Program-made: the position numbers and the translations under genes
Source of the DNA: a virus
IMG/VR virus record: IMGVR_UViG_3300026533_000002
Span: 32,001-96,000 of that record
Reading direction: 5' to 3' (one strand)
Length of the DNA: 64,000 nt
In this document: piece by piece, positions 9,477 through 20,367 of the stretch
Layout: the number at the start of each line of letters is the position of its first letter
Position numbering within the stretch: position 1 is the stretch's first letter
Notes under the pieces: model-generated
What the model was told of the DNA's origin: nothing
Database searches by the model: none
What the model saw: only the letters and a program-made list of their open reading frames with translations

Positions 9477-10550
9477 CTAAAGACTACTAAAGTAATAATC
9501 TTTAACAGTTTTAGCTACATTACTATTGATATCTCTCAATGTTAATCCAGCCTCTTCTATAGTTAGAGTTTCTTCCTTGACAATGTCTGTCAATACCCAC
9601 TTAATAAGTAATCCAACTTCTTTAGATTCAGTTATACCTAACTCTGAAATACCCTGTGCTATTCGCCAAGCAGGTGTTACTTCTTCAGCTAGTTTAGATC
9701 TAGCCTCTAGTACTTCATCAGATAACTTCTCTCTAGGTGCTTTGGCCTTACCTGCATGTTTCTCAGCCTTAGTCTTTACTTTGTAAGTAATACCATTATA
9801 GGTTGTAAACAGTACAGCGCCTTCACCGATATTGTCTGGCTTATTGAAGTACTTAGCTACAGGAGAATTGTCTTCTATACTTTCAGCCAATTCTTTAAGC
9901 TTCTGTAAGTTAACTTCATTATCCTCTGAAAGGTCAAGAGTTATTGTATACTCACCAAACTCTTTAGCTAAATAAACTCTAACAGTTTCAGCTACCAAGT
10001 CTTTCAAAGGCTCTGTAGGAAGTAACTCAGATGTGTTGTCTTCGTTACTAACTACTCGAAAGTGCTCGAACAGGTAAATACTATTAGGTATGCCTGAACA
10101 AGCTGCATTCTTCCCTTGGATATTGCTACCAGCCCACTCGCCATCTAATGCTAAAGTATGAGTAGTTAGATCTAAGTTATACTCTTCAACCAGCTTAAAT
10201 ACTAAGTCTAGTACTTCTTTCTCAATAGATTTAACAAACTGAGCCAAACCATTCATGTCGCCAAGTTCAGTCTTAATACTGTTCCTACTTTGAACCCATA
10301 TCTCACCTTGAGAGTAACATACGCTACAAAAACTTCCATGTATCTTTTCTGAGCCTGCTAAAGTTACTTTAGGCAAGGAGACAGGAGCATTAATTGCCTC
10401 TAACTCTTCAGTAGTAGGTTCTCTATCCTCATCTCTAAGAAGCTTGAATAAATCTTTATTTCTCAGATACTTGATATCACTATGAATAGCTCTTCTGAAA
10501 TCTCTAAAATGACTAGTAGATCCATAAGATATATGTCGTCTTACGCTCAT
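9477..10550 (-). CDS. Rnl2-like RNA ligase
   Basis: EKIHG motif I, QSR, DGEWAG, GEGAV, KVKTK. Confidence 0.8.
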   Translation of the reverse strand: MSVRRHISYGSTSHFRDFRRAIHSDIKYLRNKDLFKLLRDEDREPTTEELEAINAPVSLPKVTLAGSEKIHGSFCSVCYSQGEIWVQSRNSIKTELGDMNGLAQFVKSIEKEVLDLVFKLVEEYNLDLTTHTLALDGEWAGSNIQGKNAACSGIPNSIYLFEHFRVVSNEDNTSELLPTEPLKDLVAETVRVYLAKEFGEYTITLDLSEDNEVNLQKLKELAESIEDNSPVAKYFNKPDNIGEGAVLFTTYNGITYKVKTKAEKHAGKAKAPREKLSDEVLEARSKLAEEVTPAWRIAQGISELGITESKEVGLLIKWVLTDIVKEETLTIEEAGLTLRDINSNVAKTVKDYYFSSL

Positions 10551-10563
10551 TATTTATCCTTTA

Positions 10564-11370
10564 TTACTTCCTAGAGTTTGCTATATACTTAACCATAATA
10601 TCTTTTGTTTTAGCAACAGCAAAGAAACCAGCTACATGTACAAACTCCATAGTAGGGTCAGGAAGTAAAGACTTACCTACTTTATCATAAGACCCAGCCT
10701 TAGCATTAGTTGTCTGAATATTATAAGTATCTAACTCTTCATCATACCAATGTACAGCTTCAATATTCGGCATTGTCTCACCGTTAACATGCGAACCCCA
10801 ACCTTGTAACCAAGTACCGAGGTCTAGTACGTCATCTGTACCTTCAAACAGCTTAGCCTGTTTAATAGTTTTAGCTGTAAAATCTAGCTGAACCTGGGCA
10901 CGCTGTAAGTTAGTTAGAATAGCTATAGCAAACTCTATAGCCTTTATGAAAGCAGTATACTGTGTACCACTATGGACATCGTCAGAGTTGAAAGTAGATA
11001 AAAGTCTACTATACTCAAACTCTTCAGCAGGTTTTACTCCGATATCATTATCATCTACAGCTTTTACTAAAGAAGAAATCTTAGGAAAATTATCAGCTAA
11101 ACCTAGATACTTCCATACAAGACCAGCTGATGAAGGTAATTCCTTACTTTGGTGGTGGTCAAATAAAAGTTTATCAGGATTATAGGTCCTGCCAATGTCT
11201 AGTACATACCCATCATCAAACTCTAAAGTCTGATGAGGCACTCTTTTAACATTAGTGTAGTCTACACCTCTGAATATATGAAGTAACGCAATAGCAGTTA
11301 CCTCGTCAGCATGAAAGGTACCGTTGTGTGTAGTTACAGAGCTAATGCTACAGCCCCGAATACTTCCCAT
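10564..11370 (-). CDS. MYG1-family (DHH-like) exonuclease
   Basis: THNGTFHADEV, DIG, FDHHQ, SSAGLVW, D-x-x-D-x-G, FVH-x-x-GF. Confidence 0.85.
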   Translation of the reverse strand: MGSIRGCSISSVTTHNGTFHADEVTAIALLHIFRGVDYTNVKRVPHQTLEFDDGYVLDIGRTYNPDKLLFDHHQSKELPSSAGLVWKYLGLADNFPKISSLVKAVDDNDIGVKPAEEFEYSRLLSTFNSDDVHSGTQYTAFIKAIEFAIAILTNLQRAQVQLDFTAKTIKQAKLFEGTDDVLDLGTWLQGWGSHVNGETMPNIEAVHWYDEELDTYNIQTTNAKAGSYDKVGKSLLPDPTMEFVHVAGFFAVAKTKDIMVKYIANSRK

Positions 11371-11618
11371 AACTCATTCCTAGCATTAGTAAAAGCTACT
11401 GACTCACCAATCTCTTGTACATCGTTAGCAGCGTCAAGTACTTGAGCTATACCAATTACCTCATGCCCTGATTGTAATCTAATTACACAAACTCGCATGT
11501 TAGGAGTTAACTGTGTATGAGTTACAGTACCTAATGCAACTTGTTTATCTAGCAGTAACGGAGATAACTTACCTCCGTTACTTTCTAGTTCGGCTTTAAT
11601 AGCTAATTGTAAATTCAT
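11334..11618 (-). CDS. N4 gp49/Sf6 gp66-family protein
   Basis: VCVIRLQSGHEVIG...EIGESVAFTNARNELW. Confidence 0.7.
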   Translation of the reverse strand: MNLQLAIKAELESNGGKLSPLLLDKQVALGTVTHTQLTPNMRVCVIRLQSGHEVIGIAQVLDAANDVQEIGESVAFTNARNELWEVFGAVALAL

Positions 11619-12283
11619 TACTTGCTACCGGGAAATCCAGATTTAGCTTTTCCAGGGAAGGTCGAAGGTTTAGCTGCTGAAGTAGGAGCTGAAGATCCTC
11701 CACCCATTTGAGCTGCTTTCCAAGCTTTAACTGACTCTTCATTAGTGCCATCATCATACTTAATCTCTTCAGCAAACTGCATATCTTTCTCTAGACGTTC
11801 ACCAATAACTGCATCTTTACCGTTATCTAGTTTAGCTATCTCAGAACCTGCAGCTCCATCAGTGGAACGGTAGAATCGTTTAACTGTAACATTCTCACGA
11901 ACTTCACCTTTATACATGCTATATCCGAATTGGATCCAAGCTTTCACTTCTACATCATTTAACTCTGGAATACAGCTTAACTCTTTAGTACCAGTTTTAA
12001 ACTTAACATCTACCATCTCTGGGTCAGACAACTCATCTGTGCCTACTACTGTAGCTAATGATTCAATTACTTTATAACCAAAAGTAGGTTGACCATTGTT
12101 ACCTAGAATTGTATTACCATAAGACATAACTCTATCAAATAGGTAGTTAATTTGAGTTGCACCATTCTGTGTGTTCTTTACTTCTGCATGACGTAATGTA
12201 AGGTCATAGATACCTGATTTATTAATATGATTGCTTCCGCCTTCTGCTTCTACTTCTGTTGTGTTTACTACGAGAAATGCCAT
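11618..12283 (-). CDS. putative single-stranded DNA-binding protein
   Basis: G-x-Y start of OB-like fold, low-complexity tail, directly downstream of Sak4-like ATPase. Confidence 0.5.
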   Translation of the reverse strand: MAFLVVNTTEVEAEGGSNHINKSGIYDLTLRHAEVKNTQNGATQINYLFDRVMSYGNTILGNNGQPTFGYKVIESLATVVGTDELSDPEMVDVKFKTGTKELSCIPELNDVEVKAWIQFGYSMYKGEVRENVTVKRFYRSTDGAAGSEIAKLDNGKDAVIGERLEKDMQFAEEIKYDDGTNEESVKAWKAAQMGGGSSAPTSAAKPSTFPGKAKSGFPGSK

Positions 12284-12380
12284 TGTTATCCTTCGCCTAA
12301 TATTAGGACTTATAAGTAGGTCTAGCCTACTAGTTCTGTACTCTTTTAGTACACACTTTATATAATAGCTACTATAACTG

Positions 12381-13046
12381 TTAGATAGCGAATTCTGCTG
12401 CTGTATCTTTAGCTGCTGTTAACTTAGCAATGTGTTCATTTATATTATACTTAGTACTTTCCATAGACTCTTCTATATCTGGTAAAGTAGATCTACATGG
12501 GAATTTCATAGTAGTATTATGCATAATATACTTACCAGACTTCTTCTCAACGTATACTGCTTCTCCCGTAGTACTCAACCATGAACCGCTTTTTCCAAAC
12601 TGACCTGAAGCTGGGATAATGTGACGACCAGTCTCAGAATCATACATCGTGTGAGCTACTATAACTACATTCACACCATTAGCTATAAGAACATCTTCTA
12701 CATAACCATTAAATTGAATAGTGTCTTTGTTATTCATCTTATGAATATCAAAACCTTTGTACATTTGGTCGTTATAGCCTTGCATTGCAGTGTACATCTG
12801 AGTTACTGTATCAAATACTACAGTGGCTGGTAATTTATTGAACTTCTCTTGGTAAACACCAAGTTTTTCGTTTATAGTATCAATTAAATCATCAGTACCA
12901 GTAAACGAAGCAATTCTTACGTGAGGTACAGGGAATGTATAAGGTTTCCTATCAAAGTGGACTACTAGTGCATCTTCTATTTTAGACACAATAGTACTCT
13001 TACCTACATTTTCAAAACCTGATATTAGTATTTTTACTGCTGACAT
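12381..13046 (-). CDS. AAA_24/Sak4-like ATPase (recombinase)
   Basis: ISGFENVGKST, VVFDTVT, VIVAH. Confidence 0.75.
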   Translation of the reverse strand: MSAVKILISGFENVGKSTIVSKIEDALVVHFDRKPYTFPVPHVRIASFTGTDDLIDTINEKLGVYQEKFNKLPATVVFDTVTQMYTAMQGYNDQMYKGFDIHKMNNKDTIQFNGYVEDVLIANGVNVVIVAHTMYDSETGRHIIPASGQFGKSGSWLSTTGEAVYVEKKSGKYIMHNTTMKFPCRSTLPDIEESMESTKYNINEHIAKLTAAKDTAAEFAI

Positions 13047-13116
13047 TTATTTCCTTTATAGGTATTAACCTTTTATTATTGCAAGAGTTTAAAGCCATCG
13101 CTAGGCATAGTATTAG

Positions 13117-13401
13117 TTATCTAACTAAATATAGCTCTCCATAGTAATTACCACAGTAATCACAGCTATAAGCTTTCTTATTCTTAGTTGGCGATTTACT
13201 ATGATTAGAATTACAATTATCACAAGTAAATCTCTTTACCTTAGCTTTATCTAGTGACTTAAGAAGCTTAGTACTTAGTAGTCTTAAAGCTTCTCTATCT
13301 TCCTTACTAAAACCTACATCAGGAGGAATCATATTACTTAAGCTAGGCAATGTTCCTCTAAGTCTTGCTATATTCCAATTACGCTCTCTTACATCATTCA
13401 T
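13117..13401 (-). CDS. zinc-ribbon protein
   Basis: CDNC...CDYC. Confidence 0.55.
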   Translation of the reverse strand: MNDVRERNWNIARLRGTLPSLSNMIPPDVGFSKEDREALRLLSTKLLKSLDKAKVKRFTCDNCNSNHSKSPTKNKKAYSCDYCGNYYGELYLVR

Positions 13402-13407
13402 AATGTT

Positions 13408-14244
13408 TTAGTCTTCTTCACGCAATCTGTAATCTCCAGCTAAGAGGTATCTACAAGCAGGATATTCTTTAAATGTAGTAACTGAGTCAGCTACTAGTTT
13501 TAGAACTCCTTCTATATAGTCGTAAGCATCACTATTGAAAGGCTTAGTAAAGTTAAATACTCTAGCAGGTAGTGTCTTAGTAGGTCTAACTACAAAGCAT
13601 AGCTCTACTTGATCTATCTTAATACCTTGTTGGTGAAGTATATAAGCATAAGTAAAAGCTTGCTGTGTATACTCTGATGTCCACCCACGAGGCTTAGATG
13701 TTGCTGTCTTAAAGTCTCTAACAGTGAGCATTCCAGTATGTTTGCCTTCTTTAATTAGCTCCCAAGTATCCGTAGGAGATGAGCTAGTTATAGCGTCATA
13801 TGTGCCAGAGGGGTAAACTCCTTCAGTAATCTCATAAGCTATAAACTCTTCAACAGATACAGTATTAGCCTGCAACACATGTTCTATTATAAGTAATTCA
13901 GCCATACCTTTCCATAAGTTACGTATTACTGAAGTGTCATGCCCTTCCACCTCATCGTACTTGGCAATGTATGCTTCAATACCTGCATGAAGCTTCTCAG
14001 AGTTATACTCTTCACCTTCAATCTTACACCTAGCTACTACTTCACAAGCGTGGTGGCAAACAGTACCTAGGACAGTGGAAGTACTGGAAGTAAACCGTTT
14101 ATCTTCTCCAAGTAAGTTCTCACCATACCAAGTTCTCTTAGCACTAAAGAATTTACCTACACCTGAAGGAGATAGTCTAAAACCATCAGCTGGTACATGA
14201 TTCTCTCCGTTGTAGTACTCACCTACCTTATAACTTACTGCCAT
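13408..14244 (-). CDS. PD-(D/E)XK exonuclease
   Basis: LSPS, GT-x-x-H, GTYD, DFKT, Q-x-x-x-Y. Confidence 0.8.
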   Translation of the reverse strand: MAVSYKVGEYYNGENHVPADGFRLSPSGVGKFFSAKRTWYGENLLGEDKRFTSSTSTVLGTVCHHACEVVARCKIEGEEYNSEKLHAGIEAYIAKYDEVEGHDTSVIRNLWKGMAELLIIEHVLQANTVSVEEFIAYEITEGVYPSGTYDAITSSSPTDTWELIKEGKHTGMLTVRDFKTATSKPRGWTSEYTQQAFTYAYILHQQGIKIDQVELCFVVRPTKTLPARVFNFTKPFNSDAYDYIEGVLKLVADSVTTFKEYPACRYLLAGDYRLREED

Positions 14245-14309
14245 TATGTTTCCCTCTAAATATATTAGTTAAATAATACTCTATAAAATGTCCTATAGCT
14301 TCTATAACA

Positions 14310-14762
14310 TTATGTCTCATCTTCATACTTCCTTATATAGATATCCATTCTAGGATTGTCTTTATCTTTCCCTCCTACTAAGAAGGTCTCTTTAACACAG
14401 AACTTTACATTATCTTCTTCTACTATACCTGCTTTCTGTAAAGCATCTAGTAGTACCTTGGATACGAATGAACCAACATTTAATAAATCACTTTTAACAT
14501 TCTTATAGTAATAAACATAAGCTACTTCGTATTGGCCTTTAATAGGTACTGGCTTCTCATCTAAGAAAAGCTTCATAAAGTAATCATTAAAGTGTTGTTT
14601 GATTTCATTTCGTAAGTGGTAATGTGCTGTAAATAGTTTGTTCATTGAGAGTAGAAAAGTCTTTGATGGCTTAGTCTTAAAGTTCTGAGTATAGTACACA
14701 CTCATAGAGTAGAATAGGAACTCTTCTTCAGGAGGATCAGCAGTAGTTACTACTTTACTCAT
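14310..14762 (-). CDS. RusA-like Holliday junction resolvase
   Basis: SMN, DLLN, K-x-x-x-DAL-x-x-x-G-x-x-x-EDN, NPR. Confidence 0.75.
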   Translation of the reverse strand: MSKVVTTADPPEEEFLFYSMSVYYTQNFKTKPSKTFLLSMNKLFTAHYHLRNEIKQHFNDYFMKLFLDEKPVPIKGQYEVAYVYYYKNVKSDLLNVGSFVSKVLLDALQKAGIVEEDNVKFCVKETFLVGGKDKDNPRMDIYIRKYEDET

Positions 14763-14930
14763 CCTTTATAAGCCTTCATGTACTCTTTAAACTCCCTAGC
14801 CTCGTTAATAGTTGAAAACATATTACCTACTTCTGCTCTAGCTTTATCATATCTATCACCAGTGTACTTCCACTTCTCAAGTCCATTATTACTTTGTAAA
14901 GGGCCTACACAGAAATAGTAGTCACCTTTA

Positions 14931-15560
14931 TTAATGAAGTACATAAGCTACTGGCTTATTAGTATCAAAGCATAAAGTACAAGTGCCACAGCTCTTTAAT
15001 TTACTGTCTGGCATAGTTACAGGGCATACAATAATACCTTTAGCCTTAGCTTCATCAATACTATCAGTATTAATTACAAACGCAGTCATACTAGTTCCTG
15101 TCTCACTAAGTCCTATACTATTAGCTGAGTACTTCATACTTACGTTAGGTAGAGTTTTAATCTCTTCTAGGACTTCTCGTATACCTTTAATGTTATAAGA
15201 CCTTGTAGGTATCCAGAATTGAGTTTTAGTACACAGTGTTACCACTTCTTTTATCTTAGTAGCCAATAGCTCTGTCTCTATATCACCTGATACAAAGAAT
15301 CTAAAGTACTTGTCTTTACCTATAGCTTTAACCATATCAGCTACCCAACCATCTCTCTTGTAATCTTGTTGATTATGTTTTCTCAAAGCTACTGAAGCAG
15401 GCCATACAAATGCACCTTTAGTAGCATAGCAGCTTTTACAAACTTCAACTACTTCTCCGTCTACCTTAGATCCAGGGCATGAAGTCCTAGCTTCTAAGTC
15501 CCAACTCTTTACTTGTTTACCGTTAACTTTCATCTTAGATGCTTTACTAAGTTTTATCAT
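14931..15560 (-). CDS. GP88-like Cys-rich protein
   Basis: SKM, SCPG, C-x-x-CYA-x-KG, RFFVSGD, WIPTR, CP...CGTC-x-LC. Confidence 0.7.
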   Translation of the reverse strand: MIKLSKASKMKVNGKQVKSWDLEARTSCPGSKVDGEVVEVCKSCYATKGAFVWPASVALRKHNQQDYKRDGWVADMVKAIGKDKYFRFFVSGDIETELLATKIKEVVTLCTKTQFWIPTRSYNIKGIREVLEEIKTLPNVSMKYSANSIGLSETGTSMTAFVINTDSIDEAKAKGIIVCPVTMPDSKLKSCGTCTLCFDTNKPVAYVLH

Positions 15561-16166
15561 TATCTATTACCTTTGCTAACAAGCTATCAACTTGTATATA
15601 CTTACCTTCTCTACCAGAGTTATTACTTGCCTTAGGATAAGATTCATCGTCAACTTTAACTAGTAAATACATCCCGAAATCAGCTACAACAGTACCAGTT
15701 TGTCCGTTATGGTGTGACTTCCCATAAGCCTGGATGCGCTTACCTTTAAAACTGAACTTACCCATGTTAGTCTAAAGTATCTGCTAATACACTTAGTTCA
15801 GTAGCTAGCAACATTAATTGAGACTTAGTTAAAGTCTGGGAATAATGTCTATCACAATTTTCAACCAACTCGACTTTTGTACTGTCTAATTTATTTATAC
15901 AAAACACACCAGATTCTTCTAATAACTCTAATATCGAGTTAAATTCATCATTCATTTAATTCCTTTATTAACTTTCTATTGAAAGACATAGCATTTACAC
16001 AAGAGTTAACTCTATTAAAATCTCTAGTCTCTAATGGCTCAACCAGTAACCTAGCTATTGTTGTATCTGATAGGTGAATCTTCAAGTTGAGAACATCTAT
16101 GTACTTCATAGATTTCCAAACTGAAGGTTCGACATCATCTCCATATATGTATTTAGTGTCTAACAT
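15547..16166 (-). CDS. three small hypothetical ORFs (15547-15765, 15767-15955, 15948-16166)
   Basis: Tightly packed minus-strand ORFs of 62-72 aa. Confidence 0.5.
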
Positions 16167-16987
16167 TAGTTTATGTAACCAGATTCTGCGACTATCTCTA
16201 CTAAAGTAGTAAACCTATCTGGATAAAACATAACTGTGTACGGCATAGGGTTTACACTAGAAGCACTCCTATTGTATCCAAACCATCTAGCTTTCTTAGT
16301 TAATTTTCTTTTAATACCTTTGTGTTCATATTCTTCAAGATAACCTAATTCAACTAAAGCATCGTTAAACAGCTTAGTATGAGTATTAACCTTATAATCA
16401 GACAATAACTTAGTAGTAGATTCTCCTTCCACATTAGGCCTAATATCAGACATAGAATCAGTTAAAGCTTCACCAATTCCTTGTGGAAGTAAAGTCTTGA
16501 ACTCTCCCTCTGCTAGTGATACAGGGTCGAATGTTATGCCTAGAGCTTTATGTAATTTTATAGCAGTATCTACTTTAGCATCAATTACCTTCTGCTCTAG
16601 TAACGCTATAGTAGCTACATTCTCACCTCGTAACTTATCTATCTCTAATTTCAGCTTCTCTTTACCTAAGTATTTTACAGCAGCCTTTTCAGCATCGATG
16701 AAATACTGGCGGACAGCTTTGCCTTTAGGAGTTCTTTGCACCATAGCTATAGATTTAGCGACATCAAGAGTGACTATGTATTCTTTACGAATACTACCTC
16801 CAGTTTCTCGTTTGACCGATTTGTCAAATGATGTGTAATCAATTCCCTCGTCTAACGATGCAAGCTCTTTCTTTATCCATGTAGCAAACTCTCGCTTACT
16901 TCCTAATTCTTTATGAAGTTCTCTAGCATCTACGCTATTTACCTCGGTTGCACCTATTTGTGTTTCTATAATTTCTAAATCTATCAT
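16166..16987 (-). CDS. AntA/AntB antirepressor-domain protein
   Basis: VDARELH-x-x-L...F-x-x-W...EGIDY...KEY-x-x-TLD-x-AK...R-x-YFI-x-x-E. Confidence 0.85.
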   Translation of the reverse strand: MIDLEIIETQIGATEVNSVDARELHKELGSKREFATWIKKELASLDEGIDYTSFDKSVKRETGGSIRKEYIVTLDVAKSIAMVQRTPKGKAVRQYFIDAEKAAVKYLGKEKLKLEIDKLRGENVATIALLEQKVIDAKVDTAIKLHKALGITFDPVSLAEGEFKTLLPQGIGEALTDSMSDIRPNVEGESTTKLLSDYKVNTHTKLFNDALVELGYLEEYEHKGIKRKLTKKARWFGYNRSASSVNPMPYTVMFYPDRFTTLVEIVAESGYIN

Positions 16988-16996
16988 TTATTATCC

Positions 16997-17890
16997 TTAA
17001 TTTAAAGATGTTAATATTGTATCTTGTAACCTACTTATAGGCATACTATTATCCCAGAAGTCATTTATACTATATATCATGTCAATTATATAAGCCTTAT
17101 CAGCTCCTAGCTCCTTAGCATGTTGTATAGCTCCTAACATCATATTATTACCTTCTCCATTCTTAGCATCATAAGCATAGCCAAATGTAGTAAAAGGAGA
17201 TTGAAGTAACTTAGAAGCTTCTTCTTTACCTATTACTACTTTCTCTTCTGCTTGTATAGCTAACTTCATTCTAGCCATTTTAAGGTGGGTAGAAGGGTCT
17301 AACTTAGTCTTACCTAATACAGAGTATACATCTCTACCTTCATAGCCGTATATGACTTGTGAGGCAGCTAATTCATCAGCACTAATACCTAATGAATCTC
17401 CAATACTTTTAATAAATAACTTCCACTCTAGAGGCTCTACATCTATTACTCTGTCTAGCTCTATTAGTATCCTATATTTAAACCTATTATTCTTATCAGA
17501 AGTAGTAGCTATATGATGATTAATGTTCCTAAGAACAGAGTGTGTGCTTTCTATAGGTATAGTTGTATTGTCTACATCTAAACAAACCCAAGAAGCTTTA
17601 TTATTAGTATTGAATTTACCCCTAACTCTACCCCAAGCATTAGGATGTTTATCTTTATTATAAACAGCACCTTCTTCGACTGACTTGTATTTAAAAGGAT
17701 TAAACCCATAATCATGGCTTAGTAGTAATCCTAAATCCTCAAAGCTCTTCTCTTCGTATTGAAAACCATATACAGCATTAAAAGCAGTACTTTGCTTTAA
17801 CTTACTTATGTAGTCTTTATGCTTATTATCAGCTATAGCTTGTTGTATCCTAGAGTTATCCACTTCTAAGAAGGATACTCCATGTAACAT
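16997..17890 (-). CDS. putative AEP-type primase / prim-pol
   Basis: LDVD, HHIATTS, KYRILIEL; helical C-terminal domain; coupled to helicase gene. Confidence 0.6.
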   Translation of the reverse strand: MLHGVSFLEVDNSRIQQAIADNKHKDYISKLKQSTAFNAVYGFQYEEKSFEDLGLLLSHDYGFNPFKYKSVEEGAVYNKDKHPNAWGRVRGKFNTNNKASWVCLDVDNTTIPIESTHSVLRNINHHIATTSDKNNRFKYRILIELDRVIDVEPLEWKLFIKSIGDSLGISADELAASQVIYGYEGRDVYSVLGKTKLDPSTHLKMARMKLAIQAEEKVVIGKEEASKLLQSPFTTFGYAYDAKNGEGNNMMLGAIQHAKELGADKAYIIDMIYSINDFWDNSMPISRLQDTILTSLN

Positions 17891-19293
17891 TAAGCTAGCT
17901 CTTCATGCTCTTGATGTAACTCATCAGCTTCATAGAAATGTATATAACCATTATCTGATTCATACTTATTGACATCATCATATGATTTAATTAACTCAAC
18001 AAACTCAGCTAATTTGTTCTTAGGAGAACCATTACCTTTAATGAATCCCATCTTTCTTAATTGATGAATTGACATTCTAAAGTAGCCATTGATAGCTGTC
18101 TTCTGCATGTAGTCACTAGCTAATTCATAACTTTCTTTATTAAGCTCAATCTCAAACTGTTCAAGGTCTTCAGTGAACATCTCTACAAAGTTGATAGCTT
18201 CTATATAGTGCCTAGTCTGTATACTAGTTTCACCTTCTAGTATTGCTACAGCACCTGATATCTTAAGTGCAGCCCATTGTCTGTGCTGTCTATGGATCTT
18301 AGTTAAAGGATATAACATACTAACAGTATCCGCTAGTCGTTGGTTATAATTGTAGTAATCAGAGAATAAAGACTCAACGCCATCATCAATGCCTAGGTCA
18401 TCTTTAACAGTAATGTTTACTAAGTTCTCAAACCAAGGTCTTAGTGATTCAGTTGTAGTTGACACTCTTTCATCTTCAATTTTATCAGCATTACGAGACT
18501 CTTCTATGCTGTCATAGATCTTATGTTCAGCTTTCTTCTGAGAGAAACAGAATATAGCTCTTCTAGCCAACTTGGAACTAGCTTCGTCTATAAACTTCTT
18601 CTTAACAGCTTCATTGTATATAAGCCCGTGAGGACTTCCGAACAGTAAGGCACTAACAGGTAAGTTATGTACAGGTTTACCTTGGTTAGCATCATCTTTA
18701 ACAGCTTTTACTGGTAACTTACCACTATCATAAACTATTGCTAATGATGATATTAGCTCAGGCAAGTCTTTACTGCTAGCAAGCTCTGAAGCAAATTCAT
18801 CCACATAAAGAGTGCCGGCACCTAAGTAACCTTCCTCTAGCGAGTTCAAATGCTTCACCCATCCAGGTAAAGTTGATACTGCTACTGTTAGAGGCCTAGG
18901 TTTAGAGTGGAACTCTTTCCATTTAGTCTCAGGCTTACCTGCCTCTGTTGCTGCTATTACAGCCTGCAGTTTAGCTTGCTCTTCTCTACTTCTATCTATC
19001 AGTACAAAAGCTGGTTCTAGTATCTTCTGTATAGCCCCTAAGGCCCTTCCTTTTCCTGAACCCGATTCACCTATAAGAATTCCTATACTATTAACAGGAA
19101 TGGAACTACCCTTCCAGCCAATATTCTTTCTAAGATGTCCTGCAAAAGTTACTAGTTCATTAGCAGTCATCAATGCCCTCATCTCTGGCTCAATATTCCT
19201 AGTTATAACTTGTTCAGCTGCTTCAAATACTTTAGGCAACTTAGGAGATAAAGCTCCTACCTCTCTTAATGCTTCTTCATACATAGTATGCAT
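17890..19293 (-). CDS. P-loop ATPase, putative replicative helicase (DUF3987-like)
   Basis: GESGSGKG Walker A, YVDE Walker B, ARR arginine finger. Confidence 0.65.
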   Translation of the reverse strand: MHTMYEEALREVGALSPKLPKVFEAAEQVITRNIEPEMRALMTANELVTFAGHLRKNIGWKGSSIPVNSIGILIGESGSGKGRALGAIQKILEPAFVLIDRSREEQAKLQAVIAATEAGKPETKWKEFHSKPRPLTVAVSTLPGWVKHLNSLEEGYLGAGTLYVDEFASELASSKDLPELISSLAIVYDSGKLPVKAVKDDANQGKPVHNLPVSALLFGSPHGLIYNEAVKKKFIDEASSKLARRAIFCFSQKKAEHKIYDSIEESRNADKIEDERVSTTTESLRPWFENLVNITVKDDLGIDDGVESLFSDYYNYNQRLADTVSMLYPLTKIHRQHRQWAALKISGAVAILEGETSIQTRHYIEAINFVEMFTEDLEQFEIELNKESYELASDYMQKTAINGYFRMSIHQLRKMGFIKGNGSPKNKLAEFVELIKSYDDVNKYESDNGYIHFYEADELHQEHEELA

Positions 19294-19295
19294 AA

Positions 19296-19517
19296 CTACT
19301 CCTTATCTACTTTAACCCACTCCATACGATTTCTAATCTCAGTTGTAGTTGTTTGTATGTTCTTATATTCATAACCTGCTTCTATGAACATAGCTTCTCT
19401 TTTACGATCTTCAATACTATCTGCTAGATGACTGGTATTAACTAAATGCATCAGTGTAGCCATGAATACAAATATTAAAACCATTGCCGTTAATGGTGCA
19501 GTATACTCTTCGCTCAT
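19296..19517 (-). CDS. small membrane-anchored hypothetical protein
   Basis: N-terminal hydrophobic helix. Confidence 0.5.
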   Translation of the reverse strand: MSEEYTAPLTAMVLIFVFMATLMHLVNTSHLADSIEDRKREAMFIEAGYEYKNIQTTTTEIRNRMEWVKVDKE

Positions 19518-19889
19518 TGTAAACTCCTTTAAATTACTGGTATGGGTAAGCTGAGTAAAGGGTTAATTTCACTAGTATTAGCAGAGACCATTGTTACAGT
19601 TAATACTATTAAGAAGGCTATAGCCAGTATTACTTTATTAGTATTACACATTATCTTGTTCTCTCTATCTTAGAGACTCTAGGTTCTATCACAGAATTAG
19701 CTCTTACTATATCTGACCTCATCATTAATCTTACTTCACTGTAAGGTCTCAACATAGCTAAGTCAGAATGTTTAGCTGACTTTACTACTTTACTCAATCG
19801 TCTTATATTATTTAGTCTATTCATTGTAGTTTACCTTTTTATTTAATTAACACAGTTGTTAGCTGTGCTTTATTGTTAGATTTTGTTAG

Positions 19890-20348
19890 TTACCTAGCTG
19901 CAGTTACTTTACCAGGAGGTAACAACTGGTTATTATTAGCCTTCCAACCTCTAATCCAGCCACATGTTACGCTATAAGACTTATCTGCTATCTTTGCTAA
20001 ATCAGTACCAGTACATTTTGTCTCAATCCAATAATTGTAACCGTCAACATAAGCTTGTCGATACCTATTACTATTAGCCTCAGTTACATTGGCTTTATGA
20101 GTAATCCACTCACAGTTAGAAGGTTCATAGTTAAGATTTGAATCTATACGTTCTATAGTCAAACCTTCTTTATACCCATTAGCTATTGCCCAAGCTGCAA
20201 AGTTAGCAAACCTATCCCATTCTTTACTAACTGTAATACCTTTAGCTCCGTACCATTTATAAGCCTTATTTGCTTTATTATTACACCTTTCTCTCATACC
20301 TCTCCAAGAATTATACATCCTAGGATTGCTTTGCTTGTTATACTCCAT
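19890..20348 (-). CDS. free-standing HNH-type homing endonuclease
   Basis: YNSWRGMRERC...YGAKGITV-x-x-EW...TIERIDSN-x-x-YEPSNCEW. Confidence 0.85.
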   Translation of the reverse strand: MEYNKQSNPRMYNSWRGMRERCNNKANKAYKWYGAKGITVSKEWDRFANFAAWAIANGYKEGLTIERIDSNLNYEPSNCEWITHKANVTEANSNRYRQAYVDGYNYWIETKCTGTDLAKIADKSYSVTCGWIRGWKANNNQLLPPGKVTAAR

Positions 20349-20367
20349 ATTTTTCTCCTATAGAAAA

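Noticed and set aside
12338-12352. TCTTTTAGTAC shared with the hairpin near 30257-30267
   Set aside because: An 11-bp AT-rich match can occur by chance in 64 kb
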